Shown here in pieces: positions 9,473 to 19,432 of a stretch of DNA of 64,000 bases. Each line of letters opens with the position of its first letter. Within the stretch, counting starts at the first letter, position 1. Made by a program: the position numbers and the translations under genes. Source of the stretch: an uncultured Acidobacteriota bacterium (GTDB taxonomy: Bacteria > Acidobacteriota > Thermoanaerobaculia > UBA5066); contig CAWCSP010000004.1 in the NCBI GenBank assembly GCA_963798215.1, positions 6,751-70,750 on the forward strand, written 5' to 3'. The notes below the pieces were generated by a model. That model did not search any database. It was not told where the DNA came from and saw only the letters and a program-made list of their open reading frames with translations.

Positions 9473-10354
9473 TCAGGCCGGGACGCTGCGCGTGAGGTCG
9501 TTGAACGGGATCGGGAGGAGCTCGGCGTGCCCGCCACCGCGGACCACGACCATGTTCTGCGGAGGGATCTTCTGCCAGTCGCCGTCGAGGGACAGCGGCT
9601 CGGAGCACACGATCGTCGCGGCGCCCTCCTTGCCCGGCGCGCTCATCCGGCAGACGCCACCCTCGCAGTCGAACCGGCGGCCGTGGCAGCCCCACAGGCT
9701 CGCGGGCATCTTCGGCGGCGTCGCGTAGCGCATGACGACGGCGCGCCTGCCGTCCGTGACGGCGAAGTTCAGGTAGGACGGCTCCGTCACGCCCGCGTCG
9801 TCGGCGGTCCATTCGATCTTCGCGACGGTCTCGGTGAGCGCGCCGACCATGCGTTCCGTCGCGTCCTCGGCCCCGGCGTTCGCGTGCGCGTCGAGGAACA
9901 GGGCGAACGCGAGCTCGGAGTCCGTCGTGCCCTGGATTCCGGCGAACGCCTCCTCCGACAGGCCCGCCTCGAGGCGCCGCCGGATGCGCGGGAACCCGCC
10001 GATCGACCCGTTGTGCATGAACGCGAACGGACCCGACGCGAACGGGTGGCAGTTCACGAGCGCGACCGCCGTGCCCGGCGACGCCGCGCGCACGTGCGCG
10101 AGGATGCACGGGCTCGCCGAGACGCGCGAGATGTGGAGGAGGTTCGGGTCGTTCCACGCGGGCACCGGCGAGCGGTAGAGCGCGGGCTCCGGCCCGATCC
10201 CGGGGACGTACCAGCCGATGCCGAAGCCGTCGCCGTTCGTCGGGTCCTCTCGCTCCTCGGCGTGCAGGCTCTGCTTGAGGATCGAATGCTCGGGCCGCGT
10301 CGTGAGCGAGTCGACGGTGATCGCCGGCCCGAGGTACAGGGCGAAGCGGCACAT
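9473..10354 (-). CDS. class II glutamine amidotransferase (Ntn hydrolase, EgtC-like)
   Basis: Starts MCRF with the catalytic N-terminal Cys after Met. GATase_2-like motifs. Confidence 0.7.
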   Translation of the reverse strand: MCRFALYLGPAITVDSLTTRPEHSILKQSLHAEEREDPTNGDGFGIGWYVPGIGPEPALYRSPVPAWNDPNLLHISRVSASPCILAHVRAASPGTAVALVNCHPFASGPFAFMHNGSIGGFPRIRRRLEAGLSEEAFAGIQGTTDSELAFALFLDAHANAGAEDATERMVGALTETVAKIEWTADDAGVTEPSYLNFAVTDGRRAVVMRYATPPKMPASLWGCHGRRFDCEGGVCRMSAPGKEGAATIVCSEPLSLDGDWQKIPPQNMVVVRGGGHAELLPIPFNDLTRSVPA

Positions 10355-10390
10355 CGCGGCATCCTACGCCGACGGGAGGCGCGACGGCGT

Positions 10391-11390
10391 CAGCCGCGCT
10401 CGCTGTCGAGCGTCTTCATCCCGTGCGCGTCGTAGCGCGTGCCCGCGACCGCCGACGCCGGCACGGCGGCTTCGAGGCGGAGGACGTCCGCCGGCGAGAG
10501 CGCGACGTCGAGGGCGGAAAGCGCCTCGGCGAGCTGCACGCGGCGTCCGCGCCCCGATCACGGGGACGATCGACGGGCCCTTCGCGAGCGCCCACGCGAT
10601 CGCGATCCGCGTCGCCGACGTGCCCTTCTCCGCGGCGACGGCCGCGATCGCGGCGACGAGACGGTCGTTCCGCTCGCGGTTCCCGTCGGCAAAGCGCGGG
10701 AACCGCGTCCGGATGTCGCCCGTGGCCGCGGGCTGCGAGCCGGAGAGGAGGCCGCGCGAGAGGACGCCGTAGGCCGTGACGCCGATCCCGAGCGCGTCGA
10801 GCGCCGGGAAGATCGCGGCCTCCGGCCCGCGGGAGACGAGCGAGTATTCGATCTGGAGGTCCGCGACCGGCGTCACCGTGTGCGCGCGGCGCACGGTCTC
10901 CGTGCCGACCTCCGACAGCCCGGCGGCGCGCACCCAGCCGGCCTTCACGAGGTCCGCGATCGCGCCCATCGTCTCCTCGATCGGGACGTTCGGATCGAGG
11001 CGCGCGGGCCGGTAGACGTCGATGTGGTCCGTTCCGAGACGCGTGAGCGTGTGCGCGAGGAAGTTCTTCACGGCGGCCGGGCGCGCGTCGTACCCGATCC
11101 AGCTCCCGTCGGGCGCCCGGAGCGCGCCGAACTTCACGGAGAGGAGGGCCTCGTTCCTGCCGCCCTTTGAGCGCGCGGCCGAGGAGCATCTCGTTGTGGC
11201 CCATCCCGTAGAAGTCGCCCGTGTCGAAAAGGTCGATCCCGGCGTCGAGCGCCGCGTGGATCGTCGCGACGCTCTCCGTCTCGTCCGCCGGGCCGTACAT
11301 GCCGGACATCCCCATGCAGCCGAGCGCGAGCGGGAAGACGGACGGGCCGGCCGAGCCGAGGCGCCGGGGAGCGCGAGCGGAAGGGGTCAT
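10391..11390 (-). pseudogene. aldo/keto reductase disrupted by two single-base indels (or assembly errors)
   Basis: The N-terminal AKR sequence (MTPSARAP...GDFYGMGHNEMLLGRALKG) is in one frame. The middle (KFGALRAPDGSW...IAIAWALAKGPSIVPVIGA) is in a second frame. The canonical C-terminus (VQLAEALSALDVALSPADVLRLEAAV...) is in a third and ends at the TGA at 10391. Indels lie near 11140 (aaaggg run) and near 10560. The start ATG overlaps the upstream stop (ATGA). Confidence 0.6.
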
Positions 11391-13534
11391 GGCGAGGGCT
11401 TCTCCTTCTCCCTGCGGAGGCTGACCATCGACGACGCGGGGCCCGGAGGCGTGAAGCGCAGCCAGCCGTCCGCGGGGATCGCCTCGGCCACGCGGCCCTT
11501 CGCGTCGAGGAGGCGCGCGCGGAAAACGAGCGGGCCCGCGTGCGGGACGCCGAGCGGGAGGCGCGCTTCGAGGGCGGCCCCGAGCGCGATCCGGGCGCCG
11601 TTCACGCTCGCGACGCCGGGCGCGACCGCCGTCTCGAACACGACCGGCGCCGCGGCGCCCGCGGAGAGGAGCTCGACGCGCAGCGTGAGCCCCCGGAGCG
11701 CGGCCGCGCCGGTCCCGTCGGCCGCCTCGAAGCGAAGGAAGAGCGGATCGCCCGAGGCGGACGCGCCGAAGAGCATCTCCTTCACGAGGCCGGCGGCCCG
11801 GTGCATCGTCCCGCGCGGCCGGACCGTCACGCGGCCGGCGCCCTCCCAGTCCCTCCCGTCTCCGCCGTCCACGGCGGGCCAGAGCGGCCTGAGCGGCGAC
11901 TCGAAGGCGGGCGCGTGCGCCGGGTCCACGGGCTCGAGGAGCGTGACGGGCACGGGGCGCCCCGCGGCGCGGTACGCGGCCGCGAGGTGCCGGCGGAAGA
12001 GCTCGTCGAACACGGGGTCGTGCGCCGACGTGTGGTCGTCGCCGAACCACCAGAACCAGTCGGAGGCCTCCGCGGCGAAGAGCGCGGCCTTCGCGGCCGC
12101 CGCGGCGTCCGCGCGTCCCGCGAGGACCTCGGCCGGCGCGACGACGGGCGCGGCCGCGACGAAGCCCGCGAGCGCCTCGCGCGCGGCGGCGAGGAGCGTC
12201 CACGCGCGGTTCTTCGCGGGCGAGCCGATCCACGTCGCGAGGTTTCCGTTCACCCACGAGCCCGCGACGAGGCTCTCGAGCGGCGAGACAGGGACCTCGG
12301 CGAGGGCCGTCGACGGCGTCACGACGCGGATGTCGTCGCGCCCCGCCAAGGCGGAAGCGAGGGCGTTGAGGAACGGCTCGCCGTTGTCGGGATACGTCTC
12401 CCACGCGTTCTCGCCGTCGAGGATGACGGGCACGGCGAGCTCGGCGTCGGGCGCGGCCGCGCGGATCGAGCTGAGGCGCGCGACGAAGTCCGCCGCGGCG
12501 TCGCGGGCGTCCCACGTCGCGTACGAGAAGCCGATCCGGTCCGAGAGGACGCGGTCGCGGAAGAAGATCGCGGGCTGGGCGGCGCCCGGGATCCGCCACG
12601 GCCGGAAGAGGAGGCGCGCGCGGTCGCCTTCGCCGAAGGTGAGGCGCGAGACCGGCGGCGACTGAAGGAGGAGCGCCTCGTCCGTCGCGACCCACGAGAC
12701 GCCGGCCTCGCCGAGGAGCGCGAGCGCCGTCTCCGAGAGAGCGCCCTCCGGCGGCCACATGCCCTTCGGCCGAAACCCGAAGTGCCGTTCGAACGTCGTG
12801 AGGCCGAGCGCGATCTGCGACCGCGCGTCTTCCGGATGCGAGAAACGGGGGGACGGCAGCGGCGCGTCGGGCAGCGACTGCCGCGCGACGCTCGAGTCCG
12901 CGAGAAGCGGCAGGATCGGGTGGTGGTACGGGCTCGTCGCGGCCTCGACGTTCCCGGTCGCGAACGCCGCCTTCCATGCGGGGATCACGTCCCCCAGCGC
13001 GGCGGCCTGGCGGTCGAGGAGCGCCTCCTTCTCGCCCTCCGTGAAGGCGTGCCCGCGCTTCCTCAGGTGGACGAGGACCGGGTCCTTGAGAAGCTCCGGA
13101 CTCGACCACGCGAGGTGGAAGAGGACGACGAGGTCGCGGAAATCGGCCTCGGTGAAGGCGTCCCCGGCGTCGGCGCGGTCCTTGAGTTCCGCGTAGCGAG
13201 GGAACCGCGCGAGAACACGGTCGTTCACGGAGAAGAAGTTCTCGAGAGCGTAACGCCGCGCGCCCGCGTCCCACTGCGAGACGGGCGTCTTCGCGACCTC
13301 GAGGAACGCGTCCGTCCCGCCGGCCGCCAGCAGCGCGACCTGGTCGAGGAGCGCCGGGACGAGGTTGACGGCGTGCGGGACGCGCGGGTTCGCCGAGAAG
13401 AGCCCGGGCAGGACGGCGTAGTCCTTCAGGGCGTGCAGGCGCACCCACGGCAGCGGGGCCGGCTCGCCGTCGAACGGCACGTACCAGGGCTGGTGGAGGT
13501 GCCAGAGAAAGAAGACGCGCAGCGGCGAGACCAA
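11387..13534 (-). CDS. GH57 family alpha-amylase / 4-alpha-glucanotransferase-like protein
   Basis: The N-terminal FFLWHLHQPWY GH57 signature. One clean 715-aa ORF. Confidence 0.8.
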   Translation of the reverse strand: MVSPLRVFFLWHLHQPWYVPFDGEPAPLPWVRLHALKDYAVLPGLFSANPRVPHAVNLVPALLDQVALLAAGGTDAFLEVAKTPVSQWDAGARRYALENFFSVNDRVLARFPRYAELKDRADAGDAFTEADFRDLVVLFHLAWSSPELLKDPVLVHLRKRGHAFTEGEKEALLDRQAAALGDVIPAWKAAFATGNVEAATSPYHHPILPLLADSSVARQSLPDAPLPSPRFSHPEDARSQIALGLTTFERHFGFRPKGMWPPEGALSETALALLGEAGVSWVATDEALLLQSPPVSRLTFGEGDRARLLFRPWRIPGAAQPAIFFRDRVLSDRIGFSYATWDARDAAADFVARLSSIRAAAPDAELAVPVILDGENAWETYPDNGEPFLNALASALAGRDDIRVVTPSTALAEVPVSPLESLVAGSWVNGNLATWIGSPAKNRAWTLLAAAREALAGFVAAAPVVAPAEVLAGRADAAAAAKAALFAAEASDWFWWFGDDHTSAHDPVFDELFRRHLAAAYRAAGRPVPVTLLEPVDPAHAPAFESPLRPLWPAVDGGDGRDWEGAGRVTVRPRGTMHRAAGLVKEMLFGASASGDPLFLRFEAADGTGAAALRGLTLRVELLSAGAAAPVVFETAVAPGVASVNGARIALGAALEARLPLGVPHAGPLVFRARLLDAKGRVAEAIPADGWLRFTPPGPASSMVSLRREKEKPSP

Positions 13535-13599
13535 GGTCCGTTGGTTTTACCGAAGCGGGACCGGCGGCACAAGGGACCTCGCGGCTGCTAGAATGCCTG

Positions 13600-13735
13600 T
13601 CCCTCGGGCCCCCGGATGAGTTCGGGTCCCGCGCGACGGTCCCCTCCGAACCGTGTCAGGTCCGGAAGGAAGCAGCACTCAGGAGCAAGGCCCGGGCGCC
13701 GCGGATCGCCCGGACTCATCGGGGGGCTCGGGGGT
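13600..13735 (+). ncRNA. ffs: signal recognition particle RNA (4.5S/ffs)
   Basis: Contains the conserved domain IV motif gtcaggtccggaaggaagcagc. The 5' and 3' ends pair (ccctcgggcccccggatgagt / actcatcggggggctcggggg). A T-run follows, a TAGAAT -10-like box sits at 13589-13594, and the gene lies directly upstream of dnaX, which is the usual position. Confidence 0.75.
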
Positions 13736-13758
13736 ATTTTTTCGAGTACAGTCACCCC

Positions 13759-15708
13759 GTGACCGGCGCGAACTGGGTCCCCCTCGCACGCAAGTGGCGC
13801 CCGCGCACGTTCGCGGACGTCGTCGGACAGGAGGAGATCGTCCGGGCCCTCACGAATGCGGTCACGGCCGACCGGCTCGCCCACGCGTACCTGTTCTCGG
13901 GCCCGCGCGGCGTCGGCAAGACGACGACGGCGCGCCTCCTCGCGGCCGCGATCAACTGCAACAACTCCGACCGGCCCACGGCGACGCCCTGCGGGACGTG
14001 CGCCTCGTGCACGGAGGTCCTCGAGGGCCGCTCGATCGACACGCTCGAGATCGACGGCGCCACGCACGGCAAGGTCGACCAGGCGCGCGACCTCATCGAG
14101 GTCGTCTCGTACGCGCCCTCGCGGGACCGCCGCAAGGTCTTCATCATCGACGAGGTCCACGCGATCTCGTCGGCCGCGTTCCAGGCGCTCCTCAAGACGC
14201 TCGAGGAGCCGCCCGCGCACGCGGTCTTCATCCTCGCGACGACGGAGCGCCACAAGATCCCGGCGACGATCCTCTCGCGCTGCCAGCGGTTCGACTTCCG
14301 GCGCCTCACGGACGAGGAGGTCGCCGACCGGCTCGCGGACGTCGCGGGGCGCGAGGGCTTCGCCGTCGTCGACTCCGCGTCCGCCGCGGCGAAGGGGACG
14401 CCGTTCGTCGAGCGCCCCGCCCTCGGCGCGCTCGCGGCGGCCGCGACGGGCAGCCTGCGCGACGGGCTCTCGCTCTTCGACCAGGCCGCGGCCCGCTCGG
14501 GCGGCAGCGTGACCGCCGCGGACGTCGCGGCTCTCCTCGGCGCTCCCGACCGCACGGCGCTCGTCGCCCTCCTCGCGTCCGTCCTGTCGGGCGACCGCGC
14601 CGGCGTCCTCAAGGGCTGCGCCGAGCTGGACGCCGCCGGCGCCGACCCGCGCTCCACGCTCCACGACCTGACGGCCCTCGTCCGCGGCGCCGTCCGCCTC
14701 GCGGCGGATCCGAAGGCCGCGCCGCCGCCGGGGCTCTCGGAGGACGGCGCCGAGCGCCTCACCGGGTTCGCGCGCGTGACGCCGTACCAGACTCTCCTGC
14801 GCCTCCTGACGCTCCTTTCCGAGTCCGACGGCACGCTCCGCCGGTCCGACGTCCCCGCCCTCGCGTTCGAGGTGCTCCTCCTGAGGCTCGCCGAGCTGCC
14901 GAAGCTCGTGGCCGTCGAAGATTTTCTTTCTGGCAAGACTCCCGTGCCGTCCGCACCGCCCGCGCCAGGCGGCGCCCGTGGAGCGGAGGCGACCGGTGGA
15001 GGAGAACTTTCTTCGAAGGTGAATGGGGCTGCGGAGCGCGGCGCACCGCCGGCCCGCGCGACCGAGGCGGCGGCGCGCACCGGGAGACCGGTGCGCGCGA
15101 GCGACGACCCCACACCTGGCTCCGGCCCCGATTACCCTTCTAAGAAAACTACGGACGCTGCCGTCGCTTCGCCAAAGCACGCAGCGAGCGGGCGGCCCCC
15201 TTCTCCCTCCGAAGCAGAAAGTTCTTCTTCCGACGAGCCCCCGCGCTTCGTCGGCCTCACGCCGCTCGAGATCATCCCCGAGCCGCTCGCGACGCCGGAC
15301 CCCGCCGGCGCGTTCCGCGCGGCCGTCGAGAAGAAGCACGCGCAGCTCGGCGCCGTCCTCGAGGACACGTCCATCACGCTCGAGGGCAAGGCCGTCCGCA
15401 TCTTCCTCGACCCGCCGAGCACGGTCGTCGAGAGGCGCCTTGCCGAGGCCGCCGTCGCGAAGGTGCTCGAGGACGCGGCGATCGCGGTCCTCGGCCGGGG
15501 CGCGCGCGTCGTCGTCGAGAGCGCGTCTCCTCCCGGCGGCGACCTCACCGCGGCCGCGGCCGCCGCCGATCCGGCGGCGCTCGAGAAGGAGCACCTCCGT
15601 CACAAGGTCGCCTCCGACGAGCGCGTGAAGAAGATGATGGACATGTTCGGCGGCGAGATCGCCGACGTGAAGCGCGACGACGGCTCCGGCCGGCCCAGGG
15701 GCCGCTGA
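13759..15708 (+). CDS. dnaX: DNA polymerase III subunit gamma/tau
   Basis: Walker A GPRGVGKTT. Clamp-loader motifs: zinc module CGTCASC and SRCQRF. Confidence 0.9.
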   Translation: MTGANWVPLARKWRPRTFADVVGQEEIVRALTNAVTADRLAHAYLFSGPRGVGKTTTARLLAAAINCNNSDRPTATPCGTCASCTEVLEGRSIDTLEIDGATHGKVDQARDLIEVVSYAPSRDRRKVFIIDEVHAISSAAFQALLKTLEEPPAHAVFILATTERHKIPATILSRCQRFDFRRLTDEEVADRLADVAGREGFAVVDSASAAAKGTPFVERPALGALAAAATGSLRDGLSLFDQAAARSGGSVTAADVAALLGAPDRTALVALLASVLSGDRAGVLKGCAELDAAGADPRSTLHDLTALVRGAVRLAADPKAAPPPGLSEDGAERLTGFARVTPYQTLLRLLTLLSESDGTLRRSDVPALAFEVLLLRLAELPKLVAVEDFLSGKTPVPSAPPAPGGARGAEATGGGELSSKVNGAAERGAPPARATEAAARTGRPVRASDDPTPGSGPDYPSKKTTDAAVASPKHAASGRPPSPSEAESSSSDEPPRFVGLTPLEIIPEPLATPDPAGAFRAAVEKKHAQLGAVLEDTSITLEGKAVRIFLDPPSTVVERRLAEAAVAKVLEDAAIAVLGRGARVVVESASPPGGDLTAAAAAADPAALEKEHLRHKVASDERVKKMMDMFGGEIADVKRDDGSGRPRGR

Positions 15709-16317
15709 GTGGCGTCCCTCCCGGCCCTCGATCGTCTCGTCGCGTCCCTCGAGAAGCTGCCCGGCGTCGGCCCGAAGAGCGCCCGGCGCATCGCGCACTG
15801 GCTCCTCGCAGCGCCGGAGTTCGACGCGGCCGCGCTGACGGCGGCCGTCGCGGAGGCGCGCGCGAGGACGCGCTCCTGCAGCCTGTGCCACGCCCTCACG
15901 GAGGAAGACCCCTGCCCGGTCTGCGCGGACCCGGCGCGCGAGGCGCGCCTCCTCGCGGTCGTCGAGGAGGCCTTCGACGTGGAGATCCTCGAGCGCACGC
16001 ACGAATTCCGGGGCCGCTACCACGTCCTTGGAGGTGCCCTCGCCCCGCTCCGGGGCGTCGGACCGGACGACCTCCACGTCGCCGACCTCCTCGAGCGGGT
16101 CGAGAAGGCCGCCTCCCGGACTCCCATCGAGGAGGTGCTCATCGCCACGAATCCGAACGTCGAAGGGGAGGCCACGGCGCTCTACCTGGCGCGACGCCTG
16201 AAGCCGCTCGGGGTCCGCGTGACCCGGCTTGCCCTGGGCCTGCCCGTGGGCGCCGCCCTCGAATTCGCCGACGAGGTCACGCTTTCGAGGTCCCTGACGG
16301 GCCGCCGGGACATGTGA
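15709..16317 (+). CDS. recR: recombination protein RecR
   Basis: HhH motif LPGVGPKSARRIA. C4 zinc finger CSLCHAL...CPVC. Toprim region. Abuts the dnaX stop. Confidence 0.9.
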   Translation: MASLPALDRLVASLEKLPGVGPKSARRIAHWLLAAPEFDAAALTAAVAEARARTRSCSLCHALTEEDPCPVCADPAREARLLAVVEEAFDVEILERTHEFRGRYHVLGGALAPLRGVGPDDLHVADLLERVEKAASRTPIEEVLIATNPNVEGEATALYLARRLKPLGVRVTRLALGLPVGAALEFADEVTLSRSLTGRRDM

Positions 16318-16340
16318 TCGGGTAAACTGTCCGAAATCAG

Positions 16341-16833
16341 ATGTCCGATTTCGTTCTTTTCGACGAGGAGTTCCATCAGATCAAGGACGTCATCGGACGC
16401 CTGAAGGCGGACGCCAACGCGAAGGTCGTCTTCATCGTCGACAAGAACGGGCAGCAGATCGCGGCCATGGGCGACATGGAGACCTCGACACGACGTCGCT
16501 CGCGTCGCTGACGGCCGGCAACGTCGCGGCGACGGACGGCCTCGCGCGCCTGATCGGCGAGAAGGAGTTCCCGGTCCTCTTCCACGAGGGCGAACGCGAC
16601 AACGTCTACATCTCGATCGTCGGGCAGCGGGTCATCCTCGTGGTGATCTTCGACGAGCGCTCGTCGCTCGGCCTCGTGCGGCTGCGCGTCCGCAAGGCGA
16701 ACGCCGAGCTCGAACAGATCTTCGAGACCATCCAGAAGAAGGTGGAGTCCGAGAAGGTCCGTCGCCAGGGGGCTACGATTCGCCCTTCGCCGAGATCACC
16801 GACGAAGACATCGACAACCTCTTCCGGGAGTAG
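16341..16833 (+). pseudogene. mglB: MglB (Roadblock/LC7 GAP of MglA) reading frame broken by two 1-nt deletions
   Basis: MSDFVLFDEEFHQIKDVIGRLKADANAKVVFIVDKNGQQIAAMGDMET matches M. xanthus MglB. It then shifts frame (expected LDTTSLASLTAGNVAA is in frame 2 via ORF 16640). It shifts again near cagggggct so that the conserved C-terminus [20 protein letters not shown] is in the third frame. Confidence 0.65.
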
Positions 16834-16842
16834 CGCAGCTCG

Positions 16843-17427
16843 ATGACCTTCATCAACTACGCGGCCCGCGAGATCAACTGCAAGATCGTCTATTACGGCC
16901 CCGGTCTCTGCGGGAAGACGACGAACCTGCAGTACATCTACGACCGGACGAACCCCGCCGCGAAGGGCAAGATGATCTCGCTCGCGACGGAGACGGAGCG
17001 GACCCTGTTCTTCGACTTCCTCCCGCTCGACCTCGGGAGATCCGCGGGTTCAAGACGCGCTTCCACCTCTACACGGTCCCCGGCCAGGTCTTCTACGACG
17101 CGAGCCGCAAGCTCATCCTCAAGGGCGTCGACGGCGTCGTCTTCGTGGCCGACTCGCAGGAAGCGCGCATGGACGCGAACATCGAGTCGCTCGAGAACCT
17201 CGAGAAGAACCTCGCCGAGCACGGCTTCGACCTCCCGAACATCCCGTACGTCCTCCAGCTCAACAAGCGCGACCTGCCCGACGGCCATGCCCGCCGAGGA
17301 GCTCTACCGCCAGCTGAACTTCAAGGGCGAGCCGACGTTCGAGGCCACGGCTCCGACCGGCCAGGGCGTCTTCGACACGCTCAAGGCCGTGGCCAAACAG
17401 GTGCTGATGGAGCTTCGGAAGAAGTAG
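16843..17427 (+). pseudogene. mglA: MglA Ras-like GTPase reading frame broken by two indels
   Basis: The N-terminus [33 protein letters not shown] and the C-terminus [32 protein letters not shown] match MglA in frame. The middle (expected [42 protein letters not shown]...) is read in another frame. That results from a G deletion in ctcggg(g)agatc and an extra G near gacggccatg. Confidence 0.7.
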
Positions 17428-17431
17428 CCCC

Positions 17432-19432
17432 GTGGACCCGCTCGCGTTCCGGGAGGCGGGGGAGCGCCTCGACGAGTTCGTGTCGGCGGAAGGCGCGGGC
17501 GACCGGGCCGACGCGTTCGTCCGGCTCGCGAGGTCCGCGCAGCTCGTCGCGGGGGCGCCGTCCCAGGAGACGCCCCTCGTGGACGTCCTGAACGCGGACC
17601 CGGAGAAGCGCGACCGGTTCCACGCGGCGGTCGCGGCGCTCCTCGCGGGGACGGACGCGACGGCCCTCTTCGGCGAGACGGGGATCCCCGCCGAGCGGGG
17701 CTTCGTCGCCGAGCTGTCGGACCGCATCTCCGACCGGCTCCTCCCCGATCCGCGCGACGACCGCGACCTCTCGCGCGTCGTCCGGCGCCTCTTCCGGAGC
17801 CCGGCCGACGTCGAGAGGTTCCGCGACCGCGATCTGCGCGTCGTCCACGCCGTCGTCGACCTGTTCGCGGGCGCCGGCGCGGACGCCTGGGCGCCCGCGC
17901 GCCAGGGCTTCGCGGACGGGTTCCGGCTGCTCGCCGCGCGCGTCCTCGCGCACGGCCTCTCGCGCGACCTGCGCGCGCGCGGCACCGGCCACCGCGTCGC
18001 CGACTCGCCGTTCTACCGGCAGAAGAGCGCGGCGGACGCGCTCCTCGAGGCGTGGGCCTCCGGCCGCGACATGCGCGCGGCCTCCGCCGCGTTCCGCAAA
18101 GTCTCGGGCGAGTGCCGCAAGGAGGCCCGGGCCGTCCAAAAGGGCCTCGAGGAGGCCGGCGTCAGCATCCAGAGCGTTTTCGACCTCGAGGTCGTCGACC
18201 GGTGCCTGACGCGCATGGCCCTGATGGCCGACGTCCTCGAGGCGGAGCCCGGGATCGACACGTCGCGCGCGATCCACCGCCTCCTCGTGCGCCTCGCGAC
18301 GCTCGCGCAGCAGGACCGCTCCGTGCGGCACCTCGTGAAGTGGAACCTCCACCTCCTCGACCGCAAGATCGTCGAGCGCTCCGGGGAGACAGGCGAGCAC
18401 TACGTCGCGGCGGATCGGAAGGACTACCGGCACATCTGGGCCGCGGCCGCGGGCGGCGGCGCGCTTACGGTCTTCACGGCCGCGATCAAGATGGCCGTCC
18501 ACGACTGGCACCTCGCACCGTTTCCCGAGAGCTTCCTCTTCGGCCTGAACTACGCCGTGAGCTTCCTCCTCCTGCAGGCGTTCGGCCTCATCCTCGCGAC
18601 GAAGCAGCCGGCGATGACGGCGGCGACGCTCGCGAAGATCATCCAGGGCAGCGAGGGCGAGGACCGACTGGAGCGGGTCGCGACGTTCTTCTCGCGTCTC
18701 ACGAGCTCGCAGATCGCGGCCGCCGCGTCGAACGTCCTCGTCGTCGCGGCGGGCGCCACGGTCTTCGACGGCCTGTGGCGCCTCGCGACCGGGCACCCGT
18801 TCCTCGAGGCGGACGTCGCGGCCCACACATTCGAGACGCTCAGCCCGCTCGACAGCGGCACGGTCTTCTTCGCGGCGCTCACCGGCGTCCTTCTCTGGAT
18901 GGGGAGCGTCGCGGGCGGCTGGTTCGAGAACTGGGTGACCGTTCACCGCCTGCCCGAGGCGCTCGCGGAAGGCAGGCCCGCCGGCCTTCTCACGAAAGAT
19001 CGCCTGCGGCGGATCGGCAGCGGCCTGAGCCGAAACGCGGCCGGGTGGGGGACGAACGTCGCGCTCGGGTTCCTGCTCGGCTTCGCGCCGGCCGTGGGGC
19101 GCTTCTTCGGGATCCCGTTCGACGTCCGCCACGTCACGCTCTCGACCGGCACGCTCGCGCTCGCGGCCGCGGGTCTCGGGGAACGCTGGTTCCTCGGCGG
19201 CTGGTTTCTGAAGGCGCTCGGCGGGATCGCCGTCATGTTCGTCCTGAACCTCACGGTCGCCTTCACGCTCTCCCTCGTCAACGCGGCGCGCGCGTTCGAG
19301 ATGACGAACGAGGACCTCTTCGGCGTCCTCAGGCACGTCCTCTCGCACTTCCGGAAGGACCCGCTCTCGTTCGTCCTGCCGCCGAAGGCGGCGCCGGCGA
19401 CGGCTCCCGAGACGGAACCTCCTCCTCAGTAG
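17432..19432 (+). CDS. large conserved integral membrane protein, possibly PF10136-family (called site-specific recombinase, probably misnamed)
   Basis: 666 aa. Soluble N-terminal half then multiple TM helices. Family assignment is recalled from memory and uncertain. Confidence 0.55.
   Translation: MDPLAFREAGERLDEFVSAEGAGDRADAFVRLARSAQLVAGAPSQETPLVDVLNADPEKRDRFHAAVAALLAGTDATALFGETGIPAERGFVAELSDRISDRLLPDPRDDRDLSRVVRRLFRSPADVERFRDRDLRVVHAVVDLFAGAGADAWAPARQGFADGFRLLAARVLAHGLSRDLRARGTGHRVADSPFYRQKSAADALLEAWASGRDMRAASAAFRKVSGECRKEARAVQKGLEEAGVSIQSVFDLEVVDRCLTRMALMADVLEAEPGIDTSRAIHRLLVRLATLAQQDRSVRHLVKWNLHLLDRKIVERSGETGEHYVAADRKDYRHIWAAAAGGGALTVFTAAIKMAVHDWHLAPFPESFLFGLNYAVSFLLLQAFGLILATKQPAMTAATLAKIIQGSEGEDRLERVATFFSRLTSSQIAAAASNVLVVAAGATVFDGLWRLATGHPFLEADVAAHTFETLSPLDSGTVFFAALTGVLLWMGSVAGGWFENWVTVHRLPEALAEGRPAGLLTKDRLRRIGSGLSRNAAGWGTNVALGFLLGFAPAVGRFFGIPFDVRHVTLSTGTLALAAAGLGERWFLGGWFLKALGGIAVMFVLNLTVAFTLSLVNAARAFEMTNEDLFGVLRHVLSHFRKDPLSFVLPPKAAPATAPETEPPPQ

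Noticed and set aside
7029-9495. Several 500-600-aa plus-strand ORFs (7029-8735, 7696-9495) and minus 7814-9361
   Set aside because: They overlap the LPLAT and GH57 branching-enzyme genes in other frames or strands. Low-complexity Arg/Pro/Ala-rich translations.
10416-13448. 1010-aa ORF on the minus strand
   Set aside because: Arg/Gly/Pro-rich low-complexity translation typical of an off-frame in GC-rich DNA. It overlaps two real GH57/AKR genes whose products are recognisable in other frames. Only its last 85 codons, the AKR N-terminus, are real.
13588-16077. 829-aa minus-strand ORF
   Set aside because: Antisense to dnaX and recR and to the SRP RNA. Composition is R/G/A/E-rich with no domain. 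A GC-rich artefact.
17381-19348. 655-aa minus-strand ORF
   Set aside because: Antisense to the well-formed 666-aa membrane-protein gene. Highly charged low-complexity sequence.
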